A DNA stretch of 64,000 nucleotides from Promethearchaeota archaeon (GTDB lineage Archaea > Asgardarchaeota > Lokiarchaeia > Sigyniarchaeales > SOKP01), in assembly GCA_019057865.1 (NCBI GenBank), contig JAHLWP010000005.1:92912-156911 (forward strand), written 5' to 3'. Within the stretch, counting starts at the first letter, position 1. The number at the start of each line of letters is the position of its first letter. This document shows positions 40,866-50,145 of the stretch, piece after piece. The notes beneath the pieces are model-generated. The model was not told the DNA's origin. It did no database searches and was given only the letters and a program-made list of their open reading frames with translations. Position numbers and translations under genes: made by a program.

Positions 40866-40880
40866 GAATAAATTTAAAAA

Positions 40881-40990
40881 ATTAAATGTGGAGTACCTTA
40901 GATTTAAGTATTAATCATTTCAACGAGAGCTTAAATGCATAATATTAACTCTAAAGCACCCCATTTAATAATATTTTTTTTCTTTTTTAA
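40881..40990 (+). terminator. Long imperfect hairpin plus T-tract downstream of hsp20
   Basis: Nested complementary pairs attaaatg/catttaat, ttaga/tctaa, ttaa/ttaa, tatta/taata and cattt/aaatg, then a T-rich run. Confidence 0.45.
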
Positions 40991-41104
40991 TTGTTTTTAG
41001 ATGAATGTTTTGGTAAATAATAAAATTATAAATAATACCTTTTTCTTAAAGATTTTATATCTTAAAATTTAATTTTATGTTATAAGAATATAAATAAAAA
41101 AAAT

Positions 41105-43717
41105 TTGATTTACATGAAGTTTCAAAGAAGTAAAGAAAATGACTCGCGCCCTATAAATTTAGTACTTATGGCAGCTTCTTTCATAGTATTCGGAGTTTTA
41201 GGTATTGTATTTATTACCCAAATGGAATTACACCCAGGATGGGCATGGGAAGAAATTAGGGATGTATATCCAATAGAGTTAAACTCTTTCGAAACAGAAG
41301 ATGTAAATGGAAACGGTCATAATGATATCATCAGTTATGCTGATATTCGCGGAACTGATCGTCCAGAGCAATATTCAATAATTCAATATGGTGGTATTTT
41401 CTGTTTAGAAGGATCAAGTGGGAGTTTAATATGGGAAAGAGAGTATACTGGTCCAGTGAAAAATGTATTTCCTATAATGAATGTCAATGGACTTGGTCCT
41501 AACGATTATTTTGTAAGTAAAGCGTCAATATCTCCTAATTGGACAGCTTGGAATGATCACTATGAACCAGAAACTCTTCCAAATCAGTATACTAATCATA
41601 TTATAGATGGAAGTACCGGGAATGATTTAGCTGGATACGAGTTCAGTTTCACTAATTTTTACATACGAGATTTAGTCAGTATTGATGACGTGCCAGATGA
41701 TCAATATGAAGATCTAATTGTAATAGAGTGCGAAGAATATGAAGTATATAATCCTTGGGAGAATCGAACTGATATTTATTATGACTGTAATCTGACTAGC
41801 TATTTTGTCAATGGAACTAAAACTAATAGTTTTCCTGTGTTCAATGCGAGCATCTGGAGAGAATCCTCATTCCCAGCACTTGAATTATTAGATTATAATG
41901 GTCAGTCTCATGTATTATATCTTGACGAATTATCTCTTACTTTGCTTAACACAAGTGTATCTAATTTCCTAGATCCAATATATAACATTACTTTAACTGA
42001 ATATCTTGTGGGCTATGAAATTATTGACGACATAAATTTAGATAATATTGCAGATATATTAGTATCTTCTCGAGATGATGGACTTGTAACTGTAAGAAGT
42101 GGGTTAAATGGGAATATTTTAGGACAATTTGCAATAGATCCAGATTATAATAATATTTATTTAGAAGAAATTCATAGCTTTGAAGGAGATGGTATATTCT
42201 ATTTTTTATTAGAAGTTAGATATGGGCATGGTGATGATGATGAACGGTTTATTCGAGTATATAGTTTTGATTTAACAACTGAACAATTGATCCGGGAAGT
42301 TGTAAGACATGGATATAGTGATAGCTTTAAAATTTTAGTGTTAAATGAAGATCTTAATGGTGACTTGATTGATGAAATAATTTATCATGAAAGATATCAA
42401 CCTTTAATAGGTTTTAATGAAGTAATGCGCTATACAATTTTGAATCCTATTAGTGGAAAAAAATATGCAATTTTAAACACTGAATATTATGCACAATCAA
42501 TAATTACTATAAGTGATTTTGATGGTGATGGTAAAAAAGATTTTGCTATTACAGGAGATGATAGAGTTATAGCACTTTCCACCCAGAAACCAGTGGGATT
42601 ATGGTTATCACCAGCATTTCCATTAGGTTTACCGTTGTTTATCTTACTTGCAACATTATTAGCGGCAGGTATAATAATTATTATTTTATTCGGAAGAAGA
42701 TTGAATTATCGACGTCAAAGTGTTAAAGAACATAAACTTACTGTTGCTGTAAATGTACTGGCGATTTCATTAATGACTATAACATTCATTCTATTTTTAA
42801 TTATGATGAATATCTTCAATAATACATTGATAATGGGTACTAATAATACTAATATTGTTATAGCATTCTTAGTTGTTACTATCACATGGTATGGTACGTT
42901 GCCGTTAACTGCTGCTCTTTACAATCGATTTGCTCCTCAGTTTGCATATATCTTTGTTAAATTGAGAGATTTATTCTTTAAAATTTCTAAAGGTTATAAA
43001 AATGATATCATTATCTTGGATATGAAAGGTAGGAAAGAAATTGGGATTATAATTCAACTTAAACGATTAATTTTACCATTGCTTCTCGCCATTTCCGTTG
43101 GATTTTACTCTTATGATACTTTGACTACTTTACTTGGATACCCTCAAACTTTTGGTTTATTTGGATCCACAGAATTCTTTAGTTTTATGATGGGATATAT
43201 GTTATGTTGTGTATTACCAATGATCTTATCTTTCGTTTTCTTTTCGTTTTTCGTTTCAGGTAATTATTTGCTTGATGATGCTGGAGTTGTATATTACCGT
43301 GAAAATAAGAAATATCGTCAGCCTGGAGACATTGAACCTTTAAGTATTTGGTCTCAATCTATTGTTAAAGGTATTGCTGGACTTTCTGCTATACTTACTT
43401 TTGGTGCATTTCTTAGCACTGTTGATTTTTCTGGGTTCTTTGGAGAAGGAGACGCTTTTATGATAATCTTTGGAGTGCTTATTACAGTGGTTATGTTTGG
43501 GGGTATTCCATTTTTAACAGCGTTCTCCTATGTCCTCCTTGCAGGAGAAGTTATGGAATTATGTGCCGAAGAAAACATAAAAAAGCTTTATAATATCATG
43601 GAAAAGAATGGATATGATACTACTCCACGCGATATTACGAATATTTATCCTTCAGGATTCCCTTCTTCTGAAAAAGACAAACTAGATAAACTGGAGAAAG
43701 CCGAAAATAATCAGTAA
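41105..43717 (+). CDS. FG-GAP/VCBS-repeat ectodomain polytopic membrane protein
   Basis: Several D-x-[DN]-x-[DN]-x-x-x-[DE] loops (DVNGNGHND, DINLDNIAD, DLNGDLIDE, DFDGDGKKD) and ~7 C-terminal TM helices. Confidence 0.8.
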   Translation: MIYMKFQRSKENDSRPINLVLMAASFIVFGVLGIVFITQMELHPGWAWEEIRDVYPIELNSFETEDVNGNGHNDIISYADIRGTDRPEQYSIIQYGGIFCLEGSSGSLIWEREYTGPVKNVFPIMNVNGLGPNDYFVSKASISPNWTAWNDHYEPETLPNQYTNHIIDGSTGNDLAGYEFSFTNFYIRDLVSIDDVPDDQYEDLIVIECEEYEVYNPWENRTDIYYDCNLTSYFVNGTKTNSFPVFNASIWRESSFPALELLDYNGQSHVLYLDELSLTLLNTSVSNFLDPIYNITLTEYLVGYEIIDDINLDNIADILVSSRDDGLVTVRSGLNGNILGQFAIDPDYNNIYLEEIHSFEGDGIFYFLLEVRYGHGDDDERFIRVYSFDLTTEQLIREVVRHGYSDSFKILVLNEDLNGDLIDEIIYHERYQPLIGFNEVMRYTILNPISGKKYAILNTEYYAQSIITISDFDGDGKKDFAITGDDRVIALSTQKPVGLWLSPAFPLGLPLFILLATLLAAGIIIIILFGRRLNYRRQSVKEHKLTVAVNVLAISLMTITFILFLIMMNIFNNTLIMGTNNTNIVIAFLVVTITWYGTLPLTAALYNRFAPQFAYIFVKLRDLFFKISKGYKNDIIILDMKGRKEIGIIIQLKRLILPLLLAISVGFYSYDTLTTLLGYPQTFGLFGSTEFFSFMMGYMLCCVLPMILSFVFFSFFVSGNYLLDDAGVVYYRENKKYRQPGDIEPLSIWSQSIVKGIAGLSAILTFGAFLSTVDFSGFFGEGDAFMIIFGVLITVVMFGGIPFLTAFSYVLLAGEVMELCAEENIKKLYNIMEKNGYDTTPRDITNIYPSGFPSSEKDKLDKLEKAENNQ

Positions 43718-43759
43718 TTTAAAATATTTTAATAAAATTTTTTTTTCTATTTAAATAGC

Positions 43760-44944
43760 TTATCTAAGATTTTTTATTTTAGCAAAAAAGTCTTTTGAAG
43801 GCAAAGATTTAGATAAAAACATATTTTTAACATGGATTTTAAACTCTGGATCTTTTTCTGCTAATTTTAATAGTTTATTAAAATTTTCTCCCTTATTCTC
43901 GTAAAAGAATTGAATCATTGAACGTCTTAACTTAAAATTTCTGATGATCTTCTTGATGTCGGGGTGTGATTTATATTTTTTTAGTATATTTTTCGAGTAA
44001 TCTTCTTCCTGTAAAGCTTTAATAGCTATTTCTGCTGCGGCTTGACCAGAGATAATGGATGCATGAATTCCTTCTCCACTTATAGGAGCTACAAATCCTC
44101 CTGCATCTCCTATAAGCATTAGATTATCTGAATAAAGACTTTTTTCTAATACACCTACTCCTGGATATGGGAAAGAACCAGACCATATGGTCTTGTAATC
44201 TGAACTTGGCACATAATTTTTAATATTTGGATTTCTAAGAAACTGATTATAAAGTTCATTTAAATTGTATTTTAGATTATCTTCATAAAAAGTAGTTATA
44301 CCAATATTAAACCTTTTATTACCTAATGGAAATATCCATCCATATCCTTTATAACTTTTAAAGTATGTATATATAAATTCCTCGTCTAAATTATTCCCAC
44401 CTTCCATTATGGCACATTTGCCAATTCCAAGTTCTTCAGATTTCCACTTTGATCTTAATCCTGATTTTAAGGCTAATTTAGAACTTATACCATCAGCGAC
44501 AATAATTATATTTCCATAATACTCCTTGATACCAGAGGGAGATCTTGTTTTGATACCAATTTTTTTATGATTTTTTGTTATAAAATCAAATGAGAAATTG
44601 TTATCAAATAGTTTTGCTCCTGAGTCAATTGCAATATTTCTCATTAAGTTATCCAATTCTAGTCGATCCATAACAGTTCCATATATATCACCTGGTAAAG
44701 TATATTCCATTTTATGATAATCTGCTGAATGCATTACAATTCCACGAATTTTAGGAATGTTTAATTTTTTTAGTTGCGGATATAAGTTAAGAGCTCTATG
44801 ATGCACAGCTCCTCCACATGGCTTACGCCAACTCGTATCTTTTTCTATTAAAGCAATTTTATACCTCGCCATGGCTAAGATCTCAGCGCATCTTGATCCT
44901 GAGGGTCCTGCCCCTGATATAATTACATCATACATAGTATTCAC
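43760..44944 (-). CDS. Geranylgeranyl reductase family flavoprotein
   Basis: GAGPSG, KPCGG, GYGWIFP and GDAGGFVAPISGEGI. Confidence 0.9.
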   Translation of the reverse strand: MNTMYDVIISGAGPSGSRCAEILAMARYKIALIEKDTSWRKPCGGAVHHRALNLYPQLKKLNIPKIRGIVMHSADYHKMEYTLPGDIYGTVMDRLELDNLMRNIAIDSGAKLFDNNFSFDFITKNHKKIGIKTRSPSGIKEYYGNIIIVADGISSKLALKSGLRSKWKSEELGIGKCAIMEGGNNLDEEFIYTYFKSYKGYGWIFPLGNKRFNIGITTFYEDNLKYNLNELYNQFLRNPNIKNYVPSSDYKTIWSGSFPYPGVGVLEKSLYSDNLMLIGDAGGFVAPISGEGIHASIISGQAAAEIAIKALQEEDYSKNILKKYKSHPDIKKIIRNFKLRRSMIQFFYENKGENFNKLLKLAEKDPEFKIHVKNMFLSKSLPSKDFFAKIKNLR

Positions 44945-45116
44945 TTATATCTTCAAATTAACTATAATAATTTAATTCAAATTACTTTTAATATTAATTG
45001 TTTGTCAGTATTATCCTTGTATTATATAAATATATTACTGCATTTTAGCCTTAAAATATTAAATAAAACAAGTTTAATATAAAAAATTTTGAAACAAGAG
45101 GGGTTTGTAAAAAAAA

Positions 45117-45307
45117 ATGAAGTTAATAACCTGTCATATACCCGAAAGCGGATTTAAATAGCTTAAATTCGCCGGAAAGCCTATCTGACGGGAATTGAAG
45201 AGCTTGTAAACATGAATCTCTATCCCAATCGGTCTGAAGTAATCCGTGTAGCGATACGTGATTTACTTAAAACCGAACTTAGCTCAATCCTAAGGAGAAA
45301 GGAATAA
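45117..45307 (+). CDS. Ribbon-helix-helix regulator (CdrS/aCcr1/CopG-like), split: join(45117..45146,45179..45307), 52 aa
   Basis: Joined translation MKLITCHIPE-AYLTGIEELVNMNLYPNRSEVIRVAIRDLLKTELSSILRRKE carries the YPNRSExIRxAIRDLL signature. TATA-like sequence upstream, T-tract downstream. Confidence 0.88.
45147..45178 (+). other. Candidate 32-nt BHB/BHL-type mRNA intron
   Basis: 10-bp intron stem 45148-57/45163-72; AAA bulge 45145-47; central helix 45141-44/45173-76; exon-exon stem 45130-40/45182-92; in-frame TAG at 45159. Confidence 0.8.
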
Positions 45308-45410
45308 TTTCTAAAATTTTTTCTTCTTTTCTTTTTTAAGTTCTAGCATTTACATTAGATCAGAAAGTGTTAATTATGATTTTATATAAAGCAAATCCTT
45401 TTCATAACTA

Positions 45411-46277
45411 ATGACTTTTTCTCATTTTGATTTTAGATACATTGATTTACATACTCATTTTTTTCCTCCAGAAATTTTTAAAGCAATTTGGAATTTCTTC
45501 GAACTGCCAAATAAAAAAGGTGAATCTAGAGGATGGCCAATTAAATATAAATATTCGACTGAAAGGTTAGTAAAAATATTAGAAAGCCAAAATGTAGAGA
45601 AATTTTCTACATTTAACTATGCTCATAAAGCAGGAGTTGCAGATTTTATTAATGAATGGACAAATCAGTTTGTCAAGGAATTTAAAAATGCACTTGCTTT
45701 TGGATGTGTCTCACCTGAGGATGAAGATCGGGTAGAATATATCAGCAAAATTTTTGATATTTATAATTTCTATGGTATCAAATTACAGCTTCTAGTACAG
45801 AATTTTTATCCATATGATGAGAGAATGTTTGAAGTATATGATATAATTTTAGATAGTGGAAAATGGATTACATTTCATGTAGGTACAGCTCCTTATAGTA
45901 ATCGGTATGTAGGATATAAAAGTTTTACAAGGTTCATTGAGAAATATCCAAACATGAATGTGATTATCGCACATTTAGGAACATACGAGTTTGAGAAGTT
46001 TTTTGGAATTCTAGATGAGTATGAAAATCTTTTCTTAGATACAGCTATGGTATATATAGATTTGGACTTATTTCAAAAGTGGAAAAAAAATGTTGAACTT
46101 CCAAAACCAGAATTGCTTTTATCATATGAAGATCGATTATTCTACGGAAGTGATTTTCCAAATATTCCCTATGATTACGAATTTTCCACAAAAGGATTAT
46201 TAGAGTTAGATCTACCTAAAAAATTTTATGAAAACATATTCTATAATAACGCAAAACGGATATTCAAACTGTCTTAG
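45411..46277 (+). CDS. Amidohydrolase family 2 protein
   Basis: IDLHTH, FHVG, IAHLG, LDTA and YGSDFP. Confidence 0.9.
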   Translation: MTFSHFDFRYIDLHTHFFPPEIFKAIWNFFELPNKKGESRGWPIKYKYSTERLVKILESQNVEKFSTFNYAHKAGVADFINEWTNQFVKEFKNALAFGCVSPEDEDRVEYISKIFDIYNFYGIKLQLLVQNFYPYDERMFEVYDIILDSGKWITFHVGTAPYSNRYVGYKSFTRFIEKYPNMNVIIAHLGTYEFEKFFGILDEYENLFLDTAMVYIDLDLFQKWKKNVELPKPELLLSYEDRLFYGSDFPNIPYDYEFSTKGLLELDLPKKFYENIFYNNAKRIFKLS

Positions 46278-46316
46278 TTTAATTTTTTCTAAAAATAAAG
46301 AATATTTAATTAAAAA

Positions 46317-47330
46317 TTACTTTTTTAAAATCTTAACAGCTTCATCAATGATCCTTTTAGCATTTGGGAGCGCTTGATCTTCTAATTCTCTTGAATAGGG
46401 TATTGTATTTTCAGTACAGACACGACCGTATTTAAATAATAATCCTTCTTCTAAAAGTATTGCACATATCTCACCAGAAAGTCCGAAACTCTTGTAATCT
46501 TCATCAACAATTAGTACTGCTTCTGTTTTACTAACAGACTTTTTTAAACCTTCTATATCCAGTGGAACCACACATCTTAAGTCTAAAACTTCAGCTGAAA
46601 TGCCTTTTTCTTCTAAGATGTGAGCAGCTTCGATGCTTCGATGTACACTGACTCCAAGACTAACTAATGTGATATCGTTTCCCTCTTTTATGCGATTCAG
46701 TTTTCCTAAAGGAATTGGGGCCCATTTCTCAGGTACTTCTCCTTCTATTCCTTGCTCTGGAACATCGAAAGAAACAGTAGTTCTCCCACCAATCCCCATG
46801 AAGTCCAGCCAGTAATCAGCTAACAATTTATGTTCAAAATAAATTACAGGATTATCTTCATAGATAGAAGAAAGCATCAAACCTCCTGCATCGGCAGGAT
46901 TTGATGGAACAACAATTGATAGTCCCGGTATATGAGCCAACCAACCCCATAGGCTTTGTTCATGTTGTCCAGCATCACCATAACCACCACCACAAGCAGT
47001 TCTGATAACAAGGGGAACATTCCATTTATTCCCTGAAAAGAAGGATATTTTTGCTGCCTGATTAAGGATAGCGTCCATTGCAACACCTATAAAATCCACT
47101 AACATAACCTCTACAATAGGTCGCAAACCAGCCATAGCGGCAGTGACTGCAGCACCAACAAAAGCACCTTCACTTATAGGGGTATGTTTTACTCTTTCTT
47201 TACCAAATCGGGCGAATAGGTTTATCCGTAAGGTGTGAACGTCCTCTCCCATGATAATAATATTTTCATCTTCAACCATAGCATATGTGAGCGCACTTTC
47301 AATGGCTTGAGCAAATCCCATCTTAGTCAT
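46317..47330 (-). CDS. 2-oxoacid/acetoin dehydrogenase E1 beta subunit
   Basis: MGEDV, TPISE, GLRPIVE and PVIYFEHK. Confidence 0.92.
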   Translation of the reverse strand: MTKMGFAQAIESALTYAMVEDENIIIMGEDVHTLRINLFARFGKERVKHTPISEGAFVGAAVTAAMAGLRPIVEVMLVDFIGVAMDAILNQAAKISFFSGNKWNVPLVIRTACGGGYGDAGQHEQSLWGWLAHIPGLSIVVPSNPADAGGLMLSSIYEDNPVIYFEHKLLADYWLDFMGIGGRTTVSFDVPEQGIEGEVPEKWAPIPLGKLNRIKEGNDITLVSLGVSVHRSIEAAHILEEKGISAEVLDLRCVVPLDIEGLKKSVSKTEAVLIVDEDYKSFGLSGEICAILLEEGLLFKYGRVCTENTIPYSRELEDQALPNAKRIIDEAVKILKK

Positions 47331-48330
47331 TTTTCATCCCTCCAATATCTAACGCTTTATTAACTATTTGTTTAATTTCTTTATTGACTTCTTCTTCTAT
47401 CTGTATGAGGCGATCCGCATCGGTTTTCAACTTTTTCTGAGTAAAAACTATAGGATCAAACTTTTTCTTAAGTTGTCCTCCAATTTTACGCAAAAGCAAA
47501 AGAACCTCATTTAGACTTTCACCACTATATTCTTTAAGAGAATCTGCAACTTCAGCTAACATGTTAGGATCTCGATAGTATCTAAGTAGTGGATCTCCAA
47601 GAAAATGTCCTTCCTTGTGCACACAATGGGCGTGGATAAACTGAGGTCCACCGTTATTACGCATTTTGGAGATTGCTTCATTTACAACTTTCCAAACTGC
47701 TTCTACATCAGTTCCATCAACTTCATATCCTTCTATACCGAAGCTTTTAGCTCTATCTATTAATTTTCCTCCTGTAACATTATTCGTAACCGTTGAAACC
47801 GCCCAATCGTTATCTTTACAAACAAAAAGTACAGGTAAATTCCAGACAGATGCTAAATTCATTGATTCAAGCATCATTCCCTGATTCATTGCTCCTTCTC
47901 CAAAGAAGGCAACAGCGATCTTTTTTTGTTTTTGATACTTCAAAGCTAATGCAAAACCCGTAGCTGCTGGACCTGATGAGCCTACAATACCTGAAGAGGC
48001 TGCTAAATGCTCTTTTGAAAAGAGATGCATGTGACCACCCTTTCCATTGCAAAGACCCATAGAATGACCTAAAAATTCTAGTAATATTAAAACAGGATCT
48101 ATTCCTCGCATAATAAATGGAGGAGTTCCACGATGGTCAACTGCCATAGCATCACCCTCTTCTAATTGTGAAACTACTCCTGCTATAATCGCTTCTTCCC
48201 CTGTTCCAAGATGCATCTCACCTGAAATCTTTCCTTTTTCCCATAAATCCGTTACAGCCTCCTCAAAAAGGCGGCTACGCAACATGTCTCGATAAAGTTG
48301 CCATACTTCTGCTTCGACCATAATTTTCAC
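47323..48330 (-). CDS. 2-oxoacid/acetoin dehydrogenase E1 alpha subunit
   Basis: HLGTGEEA, GKGGHMH and the ThDP motif GEGAMNQG...N. Confidence 0.92.
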   Translation of the reverse strand: MKIMVEAEVWQLYRDMLRSRLFEEAVTDLWEKGKISGEMHLGTGEEAIIAGVVSQLEEGDAMAVDHRGTPPFIMRGIDPVLILLEFLGHSMGLCNGKGGHMHLFSKEHLAASSGIVGSSGPAATGFALALKYQKQKKIAVAFFGEGAMNQGMMLESMNLASVWNLPVLFVCKDNDWAVSTVTNNVTGGKLIDRAKSFGIEGYEVDGTDVEAVWKVVNEAISKMRNNGGPQFIHAHCVHKEGHFLGDPLLRYYRDPNMLAEVADSLKEYSGESLNEVLLLLRKIGGQLKKKFDPIVFTQKKLKTDADRLIQIEEEVNKEIKQIVNKALDIGGMKND

Positions 48331-48450
48331 ATAATTAATTCAGTTTTTAATCTAATATTATTGATGTTTTTAATTTCATTAATTATACTTTTTTTTAATT
48401 ATTTTGTGTTAAATCTTCTTAGTTTAGAGTATTCTTAAACATAAAGTCAA

Positions 48451-49296
48451 TTATAATAATGCTAAACTTACTGACATTATAAACATACCAGTTATAATTC
48501 CAATTATTGAATAATGTTCCTTAGCTAATGATCGAGATACAGGTAATAATTCATCTAAAGAAATATAAACCATAATTCCACCAACGGCACCCAACATTGC
48601 ATTTAATACATTATCATTTATAAATGGGAAAAGAATCAACCATGTTAATACTGCTCCTAAAGGTTCACTCATTCCTGAAAGAAAAGACCATTTAAAAGCT
48701 TTTTTCTTATCTAATGTACAAGCATAAATTGGTACTGCCACAGCAATTCCTTCTGGTATATTATGTAATGCTATGGCTATAGTCAATAAAATTCCAAGCT
48801 TAACTTGTGTTAGAGTTCCTATAAAAGTGGCCATACCTTCGGGGAAGTTATGAATAAATACTCCAAAGAATATAAATATAGACGATTTTACTAAGGAATC
48901 ATTAACTTTTTCACCACGGTGGTGAGGACGTTGCCGATGGCGATGACCATAATGAAGATGTGGTTTGCGTTGACCTTTATTATTAATTAAAATCTCAATA
49001 GAATCCTCAAATTCATATTCGTGAGAAATTAATACATCAATAATAAACATTATTACCATTCCTAAAAAAAAAAAAGAAATTGCCATGAGAAAACCAAGTG
49101 CTTCTATACTCTTTGGCAACAATTCCAAAAATGAAATTAAAATCATGACTCCTGCAGAAAATCCCATAATGAAAGAAATAAATTTTGGGCTAGGTCTTTT
49201 CATAAAAAAAGCAATAAAACTGCCAATGGAAGTTGAAAGCCCCGCTAATAAACTTAATAATAGAGCAAGTATGAGATTTTCCATATTTAAGACCAT
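48451..49296 (-). CDS. zupT: ZIP-family zinc transporter
   Basis: HNFPEG, HNIPEG, His-rich loop and DELLP. Confidence 0.92.
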   Translation of the reverse strand: MVLNMENLILALLLSLLAGLSTSIGSFIAFFMKRPSPKFISFIMGFSAGVMILISFLELLPKSIEALGFLMAISFFFLGMVIMFIIDVLISHEYEFEDSIEILINNKGQRKPHLHYGHRHRQRPHHRGEKVNDSLVKSSIFIFFGVFIHNFPEGMATFIGTLTQVKLGILLTIAIALHNIPEGIAVAVPIYACTLDKKKAFKWSFLSGMSEPLGAVLTWLILFPFINDNVLNAMLGAVGGIMVYISLDELLPVSRSLAKEHYSIIGIITGMFIMSVSLALL

Positions 49297-49575
49297 TATT
49301 TAATATTATTAGCAAATAATTATCCGCGTTTAATAAATGATATTTTTTTAAAATATTATTTTCACAGATAAAGATTATGATATATTTAATTATAAAACCG
49401 GGTATGAATTAATAAAAATTAGAAAATAGTTTTAAGATTTATTATAAAAGGTTAGAGAAATATAAGATAAAGCGTATTTGGAAAGGTAAATTAAAATATC
49501 TTTTAAAAATTAAGATTATATATAATATGAATCCCTCTTCTTAATTAATTTTATTAAAAATGATTAGGAGACATT

Positions 49576-50073
49576 ATGAGAAAGATAAATGATACTGATA
49601 AGTTGTTTTATTTTGAAAATAATTTTTTCTCTGTAGATGGTATATGGATGCTGGAGACTGAGAAGGAAGTAGGGTGGGATGTTGCCATAAAAATCGATAC
49701 AGCGGTATGGACAAGACTTTTAAAAATTTTTATCCGACGGATTAAACGTTATTTAAACATTGATACAAATTCTTTGGAAGATTTAATTGAAATAATTACA
49801 TTTCGTTGGTCCATAGAAGGATGGGATTATGAAATTATAAAAAATAACGAGTCAGATATAGTTATAAATATAATTAAATGTCCATATAAGTCTATTATGG
49901 AAAGAAGCGAGAATCGCCAAGAGAAAATTCCTTTGATTTGCAAAAATATGTGTGAACCGTTTTATAAAGCTGTTTTTGAAGATTTTAATCAAGAAATAAA
50001 AATTGAAAGAAACAAGTTTATGGGATTAGGGGATAAAATTTGCGATTTTCATTTTAAAATAATTAAGAAATAA
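49576..50073 (+). CDS. DUF6125/ATC-hydrolase-like (V4R-like) protein
   Basis: VDGIWM, CPY..C..C and GDKICDFHF. Confidence 0.7.
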   Translation: MRKINDTDKLFYFENNFFSVDGIWMLETEKEVGWDVAIKIDTAVWTRLLKIFIRRIKRYLNIDTNSLEDLIEIITFRWSIEGWDYEIIKNNESDIVINIIKCPYKSIMERSENRQEKIPLICKNMCEPFYKAVFEDFNQEIKIERNKFMGLGDKICDFHFKIIKK

Positions 50074-50145
50074 CAATATCAGAACTTAATCAATTTTGTT
50101 AGTTTTGAATAACTTATAAGTTGAGACATTAATTAATTTAATAAT

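Noticed and set aside
45144-45180. Target-site duplication (GAAAGC twice) from a mobile insertion
   Set aside because: The repeats are 31 nt apart, so precise excision would not restore the frame, whereas the BHB-defined 32 nt does.
45130-45192. tRNA gene or tRNA half at the structured region
   Set aside because: No cloverleaf or T-loop consensus; the flanks encode a coherent RHH protein.
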